A stretch of 64,000 bases of DNA, taken from NCBI RefSeq assembly GCF_030144855.1, contig NW_026779168.1, positions 1 through 64,000 on the forward strand, read 5' to 3'. Each line of letters begins with the position of its first letter. Positions within the stretch are counted from its first letter, which is position 1. This document shows positions 1-11,330 of this stretch, piece after piece. The notes beneath the pieces were generated by a model. It was not told the DNA's origin, ran no database searches, and saw only the letters and a list, made by a program, of their open reading frames with translations. Source of the DNA: Hypanus sabinus. Lineage: Eukaryota. Position numbers and translations under genes: made by a program.

Positions 1-540
1 GAGTTCAATACAGATAAATGTGAGGTTGTTCATTTTGGAAGGTCAAATATGACGGCAGAATATATTATTAATGGTGAGACTATACTGTTAATTGCAGTGT
101 GGTGGATCTTGATGTCCGAGTCCATAGAGCACTCAAAGCTGCTGCGCAAGTTGACTGTGTGGATAAGAAAAGATACGGTTTTCATCTGCCGTGATATTGA
201 GCTTAAGAGCTGAAAGGTAATGTTACAGCTATCTAGGACGCTGGTCAGATACCACCTAGAGTACTGGACTCAGTTCTCATCACTTCACTACAGGACGAAT
301 GTGGAAAGTACAGAAAGGGTGCAGAGGAGATTTACATGGATGTTGCCTGTATTATGGAGCATGCCCTATTAGACTGGGTTGAGTGAACTTGGCCTTATCT
401 CCTTGGAGCCGCGGAGGATGCGAGTAACCTGATAGAGGTGTATAAGATGATGAGCGACATTGATTGTGTGGATTGTCAGAGGCCTTTTCCCAGGGCTAAA
501 AAGAATTACACGAGAGGGCACAGTTTTATGGTGGCTGAAA
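1..540 (+). mobile_element. CR1 LINE, decayed ORF2 3' fragment
   Basis: EFNxDKCEVVHFG, LVRxHLEY, ERVQRRFT-like and LIEVYK-like motifs with stops and frameshifts. Confidence 0.85.
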
Positions 541-629
541 GTAGGCACAGAGAAGTCTTTTTTGTCACAACATCGTGGGCCGAAGAGCCTGTACTGCGCT
601 GTAGCTTTTTGTATGTTTCTACCCGCAAA

Positions 630-1365
630 TATATGTGCCCCCCAAATCCACAAACCCTCCCAAACATGGGCTCCCCCTCAAATATAAACCCCCCCAATTC
701 ATGTGCACTCCCAAACCTGCTGACACTCCCAAATCGACCCACATTCCTAAATATGTGCACAATCCAGATCTGTGCTCACCCCAAATCCACAGCCACCTCC
801 AGATGCAAATTAGCATATCGCAGAGGAAGAATCATTTCAGATATAGCAACCAGCACCTTAAAAATACAGCAAGAGCAAAGTTCAAAGGTTAAACTATTTA
901 TTATAAAAGTATCTACAGATGAAACATCTTTGATATTCGCCAAACATGCACTGGAAAAACATGAAATATATCTACATCCCAAATCCATGAGCACCTCTAA
1001 ATCCACCAACTCCCAAATTCAGTGGGTAGCACCAAATCCACTGACGTTCCCAGATCTGCGCACCTTCACAAATCCATGTTCACCCTCGAGTCAGTGTTTG
1101 CTCACAACTCTACCGACATCTCATATCCGCTGACAAACGCCGATACCTGCGTCCGTCCGCAAATCACTGTGCACGCCCACATTCGCTAAAATCCCCTCCG
1201 TCAATGCATTCTCCAAATCTGTCTGCACCCCCAAGTCCGTGCGCACCCCTGAAGCTGCCGACATTCCTATAGTGCTCACGTACCCATATCTGTGCGCATC
1301 CAAACAGACTGGCGTCCCAAAAGCACGTTAGATTATCGCTGAGCAATAATCATTTCAAACGATTT
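630..1365 (+). repeat. Composite degenerate minisatellite (~18-bp CCCAAATCCGYGYGCAC monomers plus AT-rich module)
   Basis: Repeated CCCAAATCC/GTGCAC motifs; same family as 4040-6640, 20580-23440 and 50580-51120. Confidence 0.7.
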
Positions 1366-3055
1366 GAAATGGGTCGATTTGGGAAATGAATCTGGTCAGG
1401 AGACAGATTTCTCAGTGGGAGAGCATTTTGGAGATAGTGATAATAAATCTATCTCCTTTACAATAGCATTGGAGAGAGATAGGAGCAGAGAAGATAGAAA
1501 AATGTTTAATTGGAGTAAGGGGAATTAAGCGACTATCAGGCAGAAATTTGGAAGTTTAAATTGGGAACAGATGTTCTCAGACAAAAGTACGGAAGTAATG
1601 TGACAAATCTTCAGGGGATATTTGTGTGGAGTTCTGCATAGGTACGTTCCAATGAGACAAGGAAGTTATGGTAGGGTACTGGAACCGTGGTGTTCAAGAG
1701 CTGTAAAGCATCTAGTCAAGAAGAAAATAAAAGCTTACAATAGGTTCAGAGATCTAGATAATGTTAGAGATCTAGAAGATTATAAGGCAAACAGCAAGGA
1801 GCTTAGGAAGGAAATTAGTGCAGCCAGAAGGGGCCATAAGAAGTCCTTGGCGGGCAGGATTAAAGAAAACGCCAAGGCATTCTACAAGTATGTAAAGAGC
1901 AAAAGGATAGAACGTGAAAGAATGGAGCTTATCAAGTGTGACAGTGCGAAAGTGTGCATGGAACCGGGGGAAACCCTTCTTAGGGATGTTCGGGATAAAT
2001 TTGTCCAGGTGAGGAAGATAAAGAATGATAGGGTGAAGGGACCATGGGTGATAAGTAAGGTGGAAAATCTAGTCAGGTGGAAGAAACCAGCATGTATGAG
2101 GTTTAGGAAACAAGGATCAGATGGGTTGTTTAGGGTAGCAAGAAAAGAGCTTAAGAAGAAGCTGAGGAGAGCAAGAATGGGGCATGAGAAGGCCTTGGCG
2201 AGAAGGGTAAAGAAAAACCATTCTTCAATATGTGAAGAGCAAAAGGATGACAGGAGTGAAAGTAGGACCGAATAGAGATAAAGGTGGGAAGATGTGCCCA
2301 GAGGTTGTGGAAGTGAGCGAGGTCCTCAATGAAAACTTCTATTCCGTATTCACCAATGAGAGGGAACGTGATGACGATGAGGACGATATGAGTGAGGTTG
2401 ATGTTCTGTAGCATGCTGATATTAAGGGAGAGGAGGTGTTGGAGTTGTTAAAATACATTAGGACGGATAAGTCCCCGGGACATGACGGAACATTCCCCAG
2501 GCTGCTCCACAAGGTGAGGGAAGAGATTGCTGAGTCTCTGGCTAGGATCTTTATGTCCTTGTTGTCCACGGGAATAGTACCGGAGGTTTGGAGGAGGCGG
2601 ATGTTGTCCCCTTGTTTAAAAGAAGTAGTAGGGCTAGTCCGGGCAATTATAGACCAGTCTGTGTTGTTGGAAAATATTTTTAGAGTTAGGATCTATTGGC
2701 ATTTAGAGAATCATGGTCTGATCAGGGACAGTCAGCATGGCTTTGCGAAGGGCAGATCGTTCCGAACAAGCCTGATGGGGTTCTTTGAGGAGGTGACCAG
2801 GCTTATAGGTGAGGGTAGTGCAGAGGATGTGATCTACATGGAATTTGGTAATGCATTGGACAAGGTTCCACATGGTAGGCTGATTCAGAAAGTCAGGATA
2901 CATGGGATCCAGGGAAATTTGACCGGGTGGATTCAGAATTGGCTTGCCTGCAGAAAGCAGAGGGTCGTGGTGGAGGGAGTACACTCGGATCGGAGGGTTG
3001 TGACTAGTGGAGTCCCACCACGTTCGGTTCTGGGACCTATCGTTTTCGTGATTTT
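1366..3055 (+). mobile_element. CR1 LINE ORF2 fragment(s), endonuclease end to RT, chimeric and decayed
   Basis: KENAKAFYKYVKSKR, DKSPG, DSQHGF, DVIYMEF, DKVPHGRL, VTSGVP motifs. The segment around PW...VKK occurs twice (junction ~1975). Confidence 0.9.
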
Positions 3056-3531
3056 AAACTGATAAATTTATATTTAGACCACTTGTGGGAGTTAGTTTGT
3101 CCCAACAATGGTGACTGAATATTCCGAGGTGTCTTATCAGCTAAAGGTGCTCTCACTGTACATATGCACCATTTGTCAGACACAGAATATGGAAGTAATT
3201 TAAGGCATAGTAGCTTGTGAAACTATTGAATCACCGAATCTCCGACTCTTACCAATGTCCTCAAGAGCATGAAACCTTAATGACGGTTATGTTTAGGGGT
3301 CTCCACCGAGGGGTCTCCAAAATAATCTCCGTCAGTGGTGATGAATAAAGACTTTGCTATCCATGAAACGCTCAACGACTTCAGCGACTCAATCATACTC
3401 AGAATAGTTGGGGGCTCATCCAGGACCCATCCGTTACTTGACATATCGCCATCAAACTCACCAGCCTAGTGTTGAGGAGGATGCTTTAATCAGGACACCC
3501 TGTATGTGTCAAAGAACACAGATGAAAGCCG
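3055..3531 (-). pseudogene. Truncated upstream/promoter remnant of a minus-strand paralogue
   Basis: Reverse complement aligns to 23956-24425, the upstream region of the orphan exon 1. It is cut off at 3055 by CR1 sequence before the core promoter and exon 1. Confidence 0.6.
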
Positions 3532-3939
3532 NNNNNNNNNNNNNNNNNNNNNNNNNNNNNNNNNNNNNNNNNNNNNNNNNNNNNNNNNNNNNNNNNNNNN
3601 NNNNNNNNNNNNNNNNNNNNNNNNNNNNNNNNNNNNNNNNNNNNNNNNNNNNNNNNNNNNNNNNNNNNNNNNNNGCCTGACCCCCAATGACTCTAATATA
3701 ATCTCACTAGGCATTTGATAAGGTGCCCCATGCAAGGCTTATTGAGAAAGTAAGGATGCATAGGATCCAAGGGTACATTGCTTTGTGGATCCAGAACTGG
3801 CTTGCCCACAGTAGGCAAAGACTGGTTGTAGGCGGATCATATTCTGCGTGGACGCCGGTGACCAGTGCTGTGCCTCAGGAATCTGTTATAAGCGCATAAG
3901 ACCAAAATATTTAGGAGCAGAAGTAGGCCATTCGGCCCA

Positions 3940-6640
3940 ATAATCAAGACGAGAGGGCAAAATTCAATTTTCTTTTATTATTATTTTCTGTACAAATGAA
4001 TCAACCTTGAGGCCCGTCACATGTCCAGATTAGCGGACACTCCCACATGCACAGAGCAACATTAATTTCAAATAGTTCACAAATCGGCTGTCTCCTTTTA
4101 TCTAAAACAAGAAAAGAAGTCAAAGTTCATATTGCATTTAATATTGCAGGCTGTATAAACGGAAAAACTTTGAGATTCCATACTGCACAAAATCCAAGGG
4201 CTCCCACAAGGCAGTGTGCACACCCGAATCCGCCAACACACTCAAATTTGTGCAAATCAGTGTGAGCCCACAAATCTGTGCTCACCGGTAAACGCGCATT
4301 CAGCCCTTATCAGAGTGCATCCCGAAAGCAACGGACACCTCAAAATACCCGTGACCCACCCATTCTCTTCCATACCTCTAAATCTTAGCACATCCGTAAA
4401 GCAACATCAGCCGCCGAATCACTCCTGCCTCCCCGGGTCTCCATTGTGTTCCGTTCCGTGTGCATTCAATATTCGATAGCTTTCAAACTGATTTCTCCCT
4501 CATTATGCGCACAGAACGATCAAACGCTCCTCAAAGGTTCACTCTTTCATTCCCTGTTCAACCTCCTTAGAGTTAAGCCCATGATATTGCTGTATCTCTT
4601 TACAAACAATGCAATGCTGTATAGTTCCCCGAACCAGTGCACACACATCCCTCTGTTGTCCTCGCCAAGTGTTCTCAGTAGCCAAGCCGACATGAAAAAG
4701 CGCCATAGCTGTCTGCTAGCTACTCTGTGACACAAAGACACACACGGGAACTCATATAAACACTCATAGATGCAGACACAGTAAAGATTATTAATGCACA
4801 TACATTAATAATGATCATTAAGAACTTTGAACTTTTTAATATGGAGGCAGTTATTTCGCGAACTGCTTGAAATGAGTTTTACTCTAGGAAACTCTAATGT
4901 GCCTGGGGCGATGTCAGCGGGTTTCGGGGTACACATGGAAATGGGGTTGTACATTGATTTGCGGATGTCCGGACGTTTCAGGGCATGTTGACGAATACGG
5001 GTGTGCACACAGATTTCGGAGTGTCAGTGAATTTCGGGGTGCCCACAGTTTTGGCATGTGAGGGTACACAGGGTGTGCAAATCTATTTGAGGCACCGCCC
5101 AGAATTGGGAGTGTCGGCGGATGTGAGGATGCATGCAGATTGCGGCAACCTTGGATTTAGGGATGTGATGTGAATCTCAAGATTGTTTCACTTATAGGCA
5201 CTTTAATAACAAATGCACTCTTAAGGTGGCGGCAGTTTTTCTGTGATTTGTTTGAAATGATTCTTGCTCTGGGATGAGCTGATGAGCATGTGGAGTTGTC
5301 GGCAGCCTTGGGGTGCGCACGGATCTGGGTATGGGTGAAATTGGGAGAGTCGGCAGGTTTGGGGTGCGCACGTATCTGGGTATGTGGGTGGATTTCGGAG
5401 TGACTGCAGGTCCGGCATGGATTTGGGGATACACACTGATTTGGGAATGAACACTGAATTGTGGTTTGCATGCGGCTTTGCGCGTGTGCACAGTTTTGTG
5501 AGAACACACAGGTTTGCAGATTAGCGCAGATTTGGGAATCCGGGTGGATTCGGATGTTGTCGAATTCGGAGGTTTGTTTCATAGATACAAACTTTAATAA
5601 TAAATGCAATTTGACCTTGAACTCTGTTCTTGCTATTTTTTAGGGTGGAGGCAGATATTTCGAGAACTGCTTGAAATAATGTTAATAATTGCTTGGAGAT
5701 AATGTTACTTGCATGTTGGGGATTCAGCAGGTATGTTGTGCGCACAGGTATATCGATGTATTCGGGGGTGTCTGCGGGTTCGGCGTAGGCACGGATCTGT
5801 GGCTGTACACAGATTTGAGGAATGTGCTGACTTCGGGATGTTTTTGTGAATATGAGGGTGCGCAGGGATTTGTGGCTGTGAGCAGACATCGGGGTTTGTC
5901 AGCGAATATGGGACTCGGTGGATTTGGGAAACCCACTGATAAGGGGATAAAGATAAGTTTGGTGAGGTGCGCAGATTTAAGGCGATGTCAATGATTATAC
6001 GAGGAATATGCATGTGGGTGTGTGTTTGCAATTTAAACTTTGTTCTTGTTATTTTGTAAAGTAGTTGAAGAGTATCCTGCTCTGTGATAGTGTAATGTGT
6101 AGGTGTGCGCAAGGATTTGGGGTGTGCACGGATTTGGGGTGCGCGCGGATTTGCGGATGTGCGCATATTTCGGGACCTGTCGATGAATCTTGGGGTGCAT
6201 ACGGATTTGGCGGCGAATGTTGCTTTGAGGATGCGCACAGATTTAGGGGTATGTCAGAGAATGTGTGAGTACACTGGAATTATCGGGTGTCGGTTGCTTT
6301 TGGGGTGCACGCTGATTTGAGGGTTGAATGAGGTTTTGCCAGTGAGCACAGATTTGTGGATGCACACTGATTTGCGCAGAGTTGGGGGTGTTGGCGGTGA
6401 GGACTGGCTTGGGGGAACCAGTGGATTTGGAGGTTCCGTATTTAATGCTACAATAATTAATTCAAGATGAACTTTCACATCTTTTCTTGTTTTTTTTTTC
6501 TATGGAGACAGCTATTTTGTGATCTGTCTGAAATTATTCTTGCTCCGGGGTAATCAAATGTGCATGTGGGGATGTCTGCTCAAATGGAGCTGTGACGAGT
6601 CTCAAGGTTCTTTTATTTCTACATACATTAATAATAACAT
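3940..6640. repeat. Composite minisatellite arrays in opposite orientations (+ at ~3940-4340, - at ~4805-6640) upstream of gene A
   Basis: GC-rich GGATTTGGGGTGCAC-type monomers alternate with a ~120-bp AT-rich module. Confidence 0.7.
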
Positions 6641-6849
6641 GGCTCAATTTCATGGCATGTGTTCGGGTTCGGGATGGGTCACGGATGTGTCCCCAAATGA
6701 TCTGCGTGATACAAACAGACATTTTCTTCGAGGCCCTCACAGCAGAGTCCCACAAGCCCAAACTACATCAAGAGTTTACACTCTTGAGGAGAATAGAACT
6801 ATAGGTGATTCAGTACAATTTCACAGGCACAGTGACATAATTTACTTCA

Positions 6850-7206
6850 ATATTCTGTGTCCGACAACTGGTACCTTTGCATATTTACATATGTACTTAT
6901 TTACAGTGGAAGCACATTTAATTGATTAGACAGCTGGACCGGCTCAGTCACCTTTGTTGAAACAAACTAACCCCGCAAATGATCTAAATATTATTCATTC
7001 ATTTAATCACAATCTGTCATCGCGGGGATTTATGTCTGACGTAATTGGTTTGTAAATAATTTTAAAACCTTTATTTTTAAATCTGTTGAAATCTGTCCCT
7101 GTGGAATTGCTAAATGGCTTTAAAAACCGCAGGCATGTGTTACCTTCACAGTTCATTCCGAGAGATCGCCTGTCGCACAAAGAGACAAATCACTGGCCAG
7201 AAAAAA
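6850..7206 (+). promoter_or_regulatory. Putative promoter/5'UTR of gene A (paralogous copies at ~19633-19990 minus, ~24300-24637, ~51430-51771)
   Basis: Block alignable in four copies: TGAYGTAA, TTTGTAA(A/G)T, a TATA-like T(T)AAAAA and TCATTCCGAG in conserved order upstream of the ATG. Confidence 0.55.
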
Positions 7207-7282
7207 ATGTCTGCAATGTTCTATAGGTATATCAGTGTGGAGAACATATTATACATGTTCATTGCCACCATTGGATTTCCTG
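7207..7282 (+). CDS. GPR139-like: GPR139-like class A GPCR, gene A, coding exon 1 (MSAMFYRYISVENILYMFIATIGFP; alternative ATG at 7216)
   Basis: ATG at 7207, 25 codons plus 1 nt, then a phase-1 donor G|GTAAGT at 7283. Encodes the first half of TM1. A homologous exon precedes every paralogue. Confidence 0.85.
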
Positions 7283-8294
7283 GTAAGTGAGCAGAGCATT
7301 TCATGTTCGGTAATTCTGTGTGTTAACCTGTGTGAACCTGATTAAGATAATGTTATAAGCTTACAACCTGATCATCACTGCACAAATATCCATCAGAGAT
7401 ATCGATCCTGTCAATTTCACATTCTGAATTTTCATACTTAATAACAAGTGGAACTAAGTCCATGTTTCTCCTCTAACTCACGGGATCGAAGAGAACGCTG
7501 TCCTTGCCTTGAATGACACCTCGTCCAGAGATGTCCCAGTGCTGGGGCCAGGGATCTCTCCGGGAAATGTGACTGGGAGATGTTTGCATTCTGAAGCACA
7601 CTTCTCCTAAGTTATTGATCAGAGAAAAACCCTAGCCCTGTGCTTCACGTCACCCTGTGGAGTCTGTCACAGTCGGATCCCACTTTTCTTTGGTCAGTTA
7701 TTGGGTCTAATCACCTGAACCAGTGTTCACGGATCTGCTGCAGTATGTTATCGAATTAAACTGCGCTGCAGAATTAATCTATTAATGGAGCAACTCAGCC
7801 ACAGGTCACTAAGTGGTTCCTATTCTCCCTCTGAAACCAGTCATAAATCGGGGCAATGCTTCGTCCCGAAGGAAGGACTAGACCTAAAACGAAAGATTAT
7901 TCAATTCCACGGATGTTGCCTGATGCTGGGTTCCTCCAGTTTTGTGTGTGTTGCTCCTCTCTGTATCCCTTCTCAGCCTCATCAGATGCTGACTGTCCAG
8001 AGTCCTGGTCAGTCACAGTTAATTCAGTGAAACTGGCCCCAGCAGTGACTGGAATGGGGATCAGCACCAATCGTTGTTGTTCATGCAGATCTTTTGTATC
8101 GCCAACGATTCCCCACACATCGTCTTATCTCCACACTGAAGAAGACAGTCCAGGGACAGTGCGACCCGTTTCTGATGTAAGATTAGCAGCCGTTTACAGA
8201 CCCTAGCACTCCCGAATTTTCGCTAAAGCCCGATCCAATTTTAATATCAGGAGAATGTTTTCAGTAATGCCCAGTGTCTGCTTCCTGTCTCCAG

Positions 8295-9202
8295 TGAATG
8301 TAGTGGCGATTGTGATCCTGTCTCGCGGAAAATGCGGCCTCTCTACCTGCATCACTCGCTACCTGGTGGCGATGGCAGCGGCGGATCTACTGACCATTGT
8401 CACCAGCGTCATTTTGAAACGACTCAGAGTGATTTACTTCCGGTGGAGTTTTCTGAGCATCACCCCTGTGTGCAGTGTTATCGATGTACTGAGCTACACA
8501 GCCACACACTGTTCTGTCTGGTTCACCGTCACTTTCACCTTTGACCGGTTTGTGGCCATTTGCTGCCAGCGACTGAAAACAAAATATTGCACCGGGAAAA
8601 CTGCGGCTGTGGTTCTAACAACAACCGGTGTACTGTCCTGTCTGAGAAACATTCCCCGATACTTCACATGGGAACCCGGAGTGATCATCGACAACGTACC
8701 GTGGCTCTGCATTACCAAGGACAATTATTTCACTGACCCCTGGTGGGTAGGATATGACTGGTTCGATACGGTTTTAACTCCGTTCCTCCCTTTCGCTGCG
8801 ATCCTGCTGCTCAACGCTCTGACAGTCAGGCACATTTTAGTGGCAAGTCGGGTCCGTAAGGGGCTGCAGGGTCAGAGCAAGAGGGAGAACCGCTGTGACC
8901 CGGAGATGGAGAGCAGGAGGAGGTCTGTGATTTTACTCTTCACTGTTTCCGGCAGCTTCATCCTCCTGTGGATGACAATGGTTGTAAATTTCATACATTA
9001 TCAGATATCAGGGACGGGAATCGATTTCACTGACTCTGAATTGATCTTTCACTACTTCGGGTTTTTCCTGATGGATCTGAGCTGCTGCACGAACACATTT
9101 ATTTACGCGGTGACTCAGTCGAAATTCAGGGAACAGACGATCAGCGCGGTGAAATATCCGGTCACGAAGATGCTTCAGTTGATTAAAGGCGCCGCATCCT
9201 GA
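8295..9202 (+). CDS. GPR139-like: GPR139-like class A GPCR, gene A, coding exon 2 (spliced product ~327 aa)
   Basis: Pyrimidine tract and CAG acceptor end at 8294; G+TG restores Val-Asn of TM1. 7TM motifs: MAAADL (TM2), C3.25, FTFDRF, ECL2 Cys, PF (TM5), LLW (TM6), NTFIY (TM7), KFR helix 8. Open to TGA at 9202. Confidence 0.92.
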
Positions 9203-9676
9203 GCAGCTCCTCAGATTATCCGCCTGATCTCCCAGGTGATAATCCCAGGCGGATTGTCCCACCGACCGGCAGCCCGGGACGTTAAGATAGTGTGTGTGTG
9301 GGGAGGGGCAAAGCACCGTCCAAGAGAGTCAGTACCTCATTCTTCCCTCCAGATGCCAGGCAAAGAACTACTCCGGAATGCCGTCCGCACATTCGTCTGC
9401 GGATATGTCCATCTATTCCCATTCCGCTCACCATCTGCACTGTCAGACATTCCCACAAGATGGCGTGAATCACGTCAGATGCTCATTTACTAACCCAATG
9501 TGAATCACAACTTCTCGTTTAATGATTGGCAAAATTAAGACACTACAACTTAAAGGCGCATTCACGTTATCAACTGGACTGGACTGGGGTGTAGAGAATT
9601 GGGAAATTAATAGAGAACTGCTTCTGTCTTCTAATGAACGCTAAATTATCCAAAACAAATCCTATTGATTATACGT

Positions 9677-9682
9677 AATAAA
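9677..9682 (+). terminator. Candidate polyadenylation signal, gene A
   Basis: AATAAA ~475 nt downstream of the stop codon. Confidence 0.35.
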
Positions 9683-10269
9683 ACACAATACTGTCAATTA
9701 AATTAAAGTCACACCTATGACTTAAAGCGGTTAATTGAAATCAACTAAAGCTCCCAAAATTGCAGTAAAACCTGTATGATTTCTTTCCTGATATGCTTCA
9801 CCCTGAAATGGCGTGTGTTCAACCTTTCCATAATGAAAAAAGTCTGCACAATCCAGAAGCATGGTTTGGAACGTGACAAAAGGAATAATTAAGCTTAGTA
9901 AGTCATGGCGATACACTTTCTTCGCTTCTTGCTTCTCCCATAAACCCAGCACTTTCATGTTCCCATTCCAGTTCATGTCAGTTTAGTTCCGTCCGCTCTT
10001 GTTCTACCGCTTTCTACCCATACACCCAGCACGTTTATGTATTCTGTAAAGGTGCACTCACTTTTCCATCAGTCTTTTCATCCGCTCCAAATTCTCAACA
10101 TACATAACTCTGAACTTCTGATTTGTTATATGAAGTGTCTTTATCCACAGTTGAACTTCTGTAACTTAAAGGCAACCCAATCATTCTCCTCAATACCTCT
10201 GTGTTCAGGAACCTAGAAGCAGAAAATATATAAACGAGTACTTGAATGTGAATTAAAAACTGGTGAGTT

Positions 10270-11330
10270 TAGGTTTACTAGTCATAGACGTGTTAAACCT
10301 TTTGAAGGCCTCTGAATAAGACACGTACTTTAACCTGTTGAACTGTAGCTGCCTTTGTTTTCATTAATGAACATGTTCACATTTCCACCGATCCCCATGA
10401 CTGACGTTCACATTAACTGATCTTCTCAATTGACCGAGAGGCACCTCAGCCAGTGACAGCACGGGACAGCGGTCGGTCTGAGCTACGATAGGCCGGGTGA
10501 AAATCGGCCGCATGCTCACACTCACTTCTTCTGCTCCATCGCCTTTGCGGAGTTCAGAGAGTAGCTGCTGTCGGGTCTCCGTCCTCGGCTTTCACAGAGA
10601 CGGGCGCGGGTCCCCTTCGACGCCTCGGTGGGTCCGTTCCAGCGATGTTTGTGGTGGCGGAGCAAAAGTGTTTTGATAGTTCTTTCTTTTCTTACACAAC
10701 ATCAGTGTAGAGAAAAGATAAAAAATTACACTAATTTTAAAAATACATACATAGTACAAGAATGGATTCATCAGTTAGTGTTCCCCTTTTCAACTTAGAT
10801 ATATGCCTTCGGGAATTAGACATTTCCTCCTTGGGCAAAATACAGGTTGTCCACTCTGTCTGTGTCTCTCACATTCCGATAAACGTCTGCCAGACCTCCC
10901 TCAGCCTCCGCCACCCCAGAGAAGATAAGCCTAAACTGTCCAATCTCTCCTTCTCCAGGCTGTAACCCGGTAAACCTTTTCTATTCACCGTCTAAAACCT
11001 TCACATTCTTCCGATGATAGAATTGCAACTCCTCAGATGCAATGAAACTAGAGATTTATGAAACTGTAAAATACCTACTCAGTGCCTCGGCTACTAAAGA
11101 CAAGAAGGCCGGACATCGCCGTTACCATCCCATCACCCTGCGCAGCCATTTCAGGGGATTACGCAAAGGGATTCTCCTTATTCTGTTGAATGTCCTCTGG
11201 AGTCACCTGCAGAATATATCCTTCGTATGGAGTGCTAAACAGAACTGAATGCAATATTTGAAAAAATGTACCAGGTCAGGCACCATCTATGGAGAGGCAT
11301 AGAGCCAACGTTTCGAATTAGACTCTTTAC
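10270..11330 (+). repeat. Older local duplication, copy 1 (copy 2 at ~12465-13420; partial copy at ~63145-63540)
   Basis: Collinear similarity, e.g. CTCAGCCAGTGACAGC...GGCCGGGTG(A/G)AAATC and AGAAAAGA.A.AAAATTACACT.AATT. Confidence 0.7.

Larger units (their letters stand above)
3055..9870 (+). repeat. Left arm of ~7 kb inverted segmental duplication
   Basis: Collinear reverse-complement similarity to 17142-24425 across promoter, minisatellite, intron, CDS and 3' flank. Confidence 0.85.

Noticed and set aside
438-1133. 231-aa ORF and many Pro/His/Thr-rich ORFs at 4.0-6.5 kb and 20.9-22.6 kb
   Set aside because: Read-through of CR1 remnant and minisatellite; frames are not conserved between duplicate copies.
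3532-3674. N gaps at mirror positions (3532-3674 and 23746-23955)
   Set aside because: Paralogous sites (20330-20412, ~51265-51282) carry TG/TGTC microsatellites, so these gaps are probably unresolved simple repeats. ORFs spanning them are artefacts.
7977-8176. Possible cassette exon in the gene A intron (TTCTCAG acceptor, GTAAGA donor)
   Set aside because: 200 nt would shift the frame, and the donor is not conserved in genes B or C.
8255-8294. ORF-track N-termini of the GPCR ORFs (MFSVMPSVCFLSP; also 52691-52736)
   Set aside because: These translate the intron polypyrimidine tract. The real N-terminus comes from exon 1 ~1 kb upstream.
10151-10262. Exon-like segment (TTTATCCACAG ... G|GTGAGT)
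   Set aside because: Stops in all three frames and no partner exons identified.
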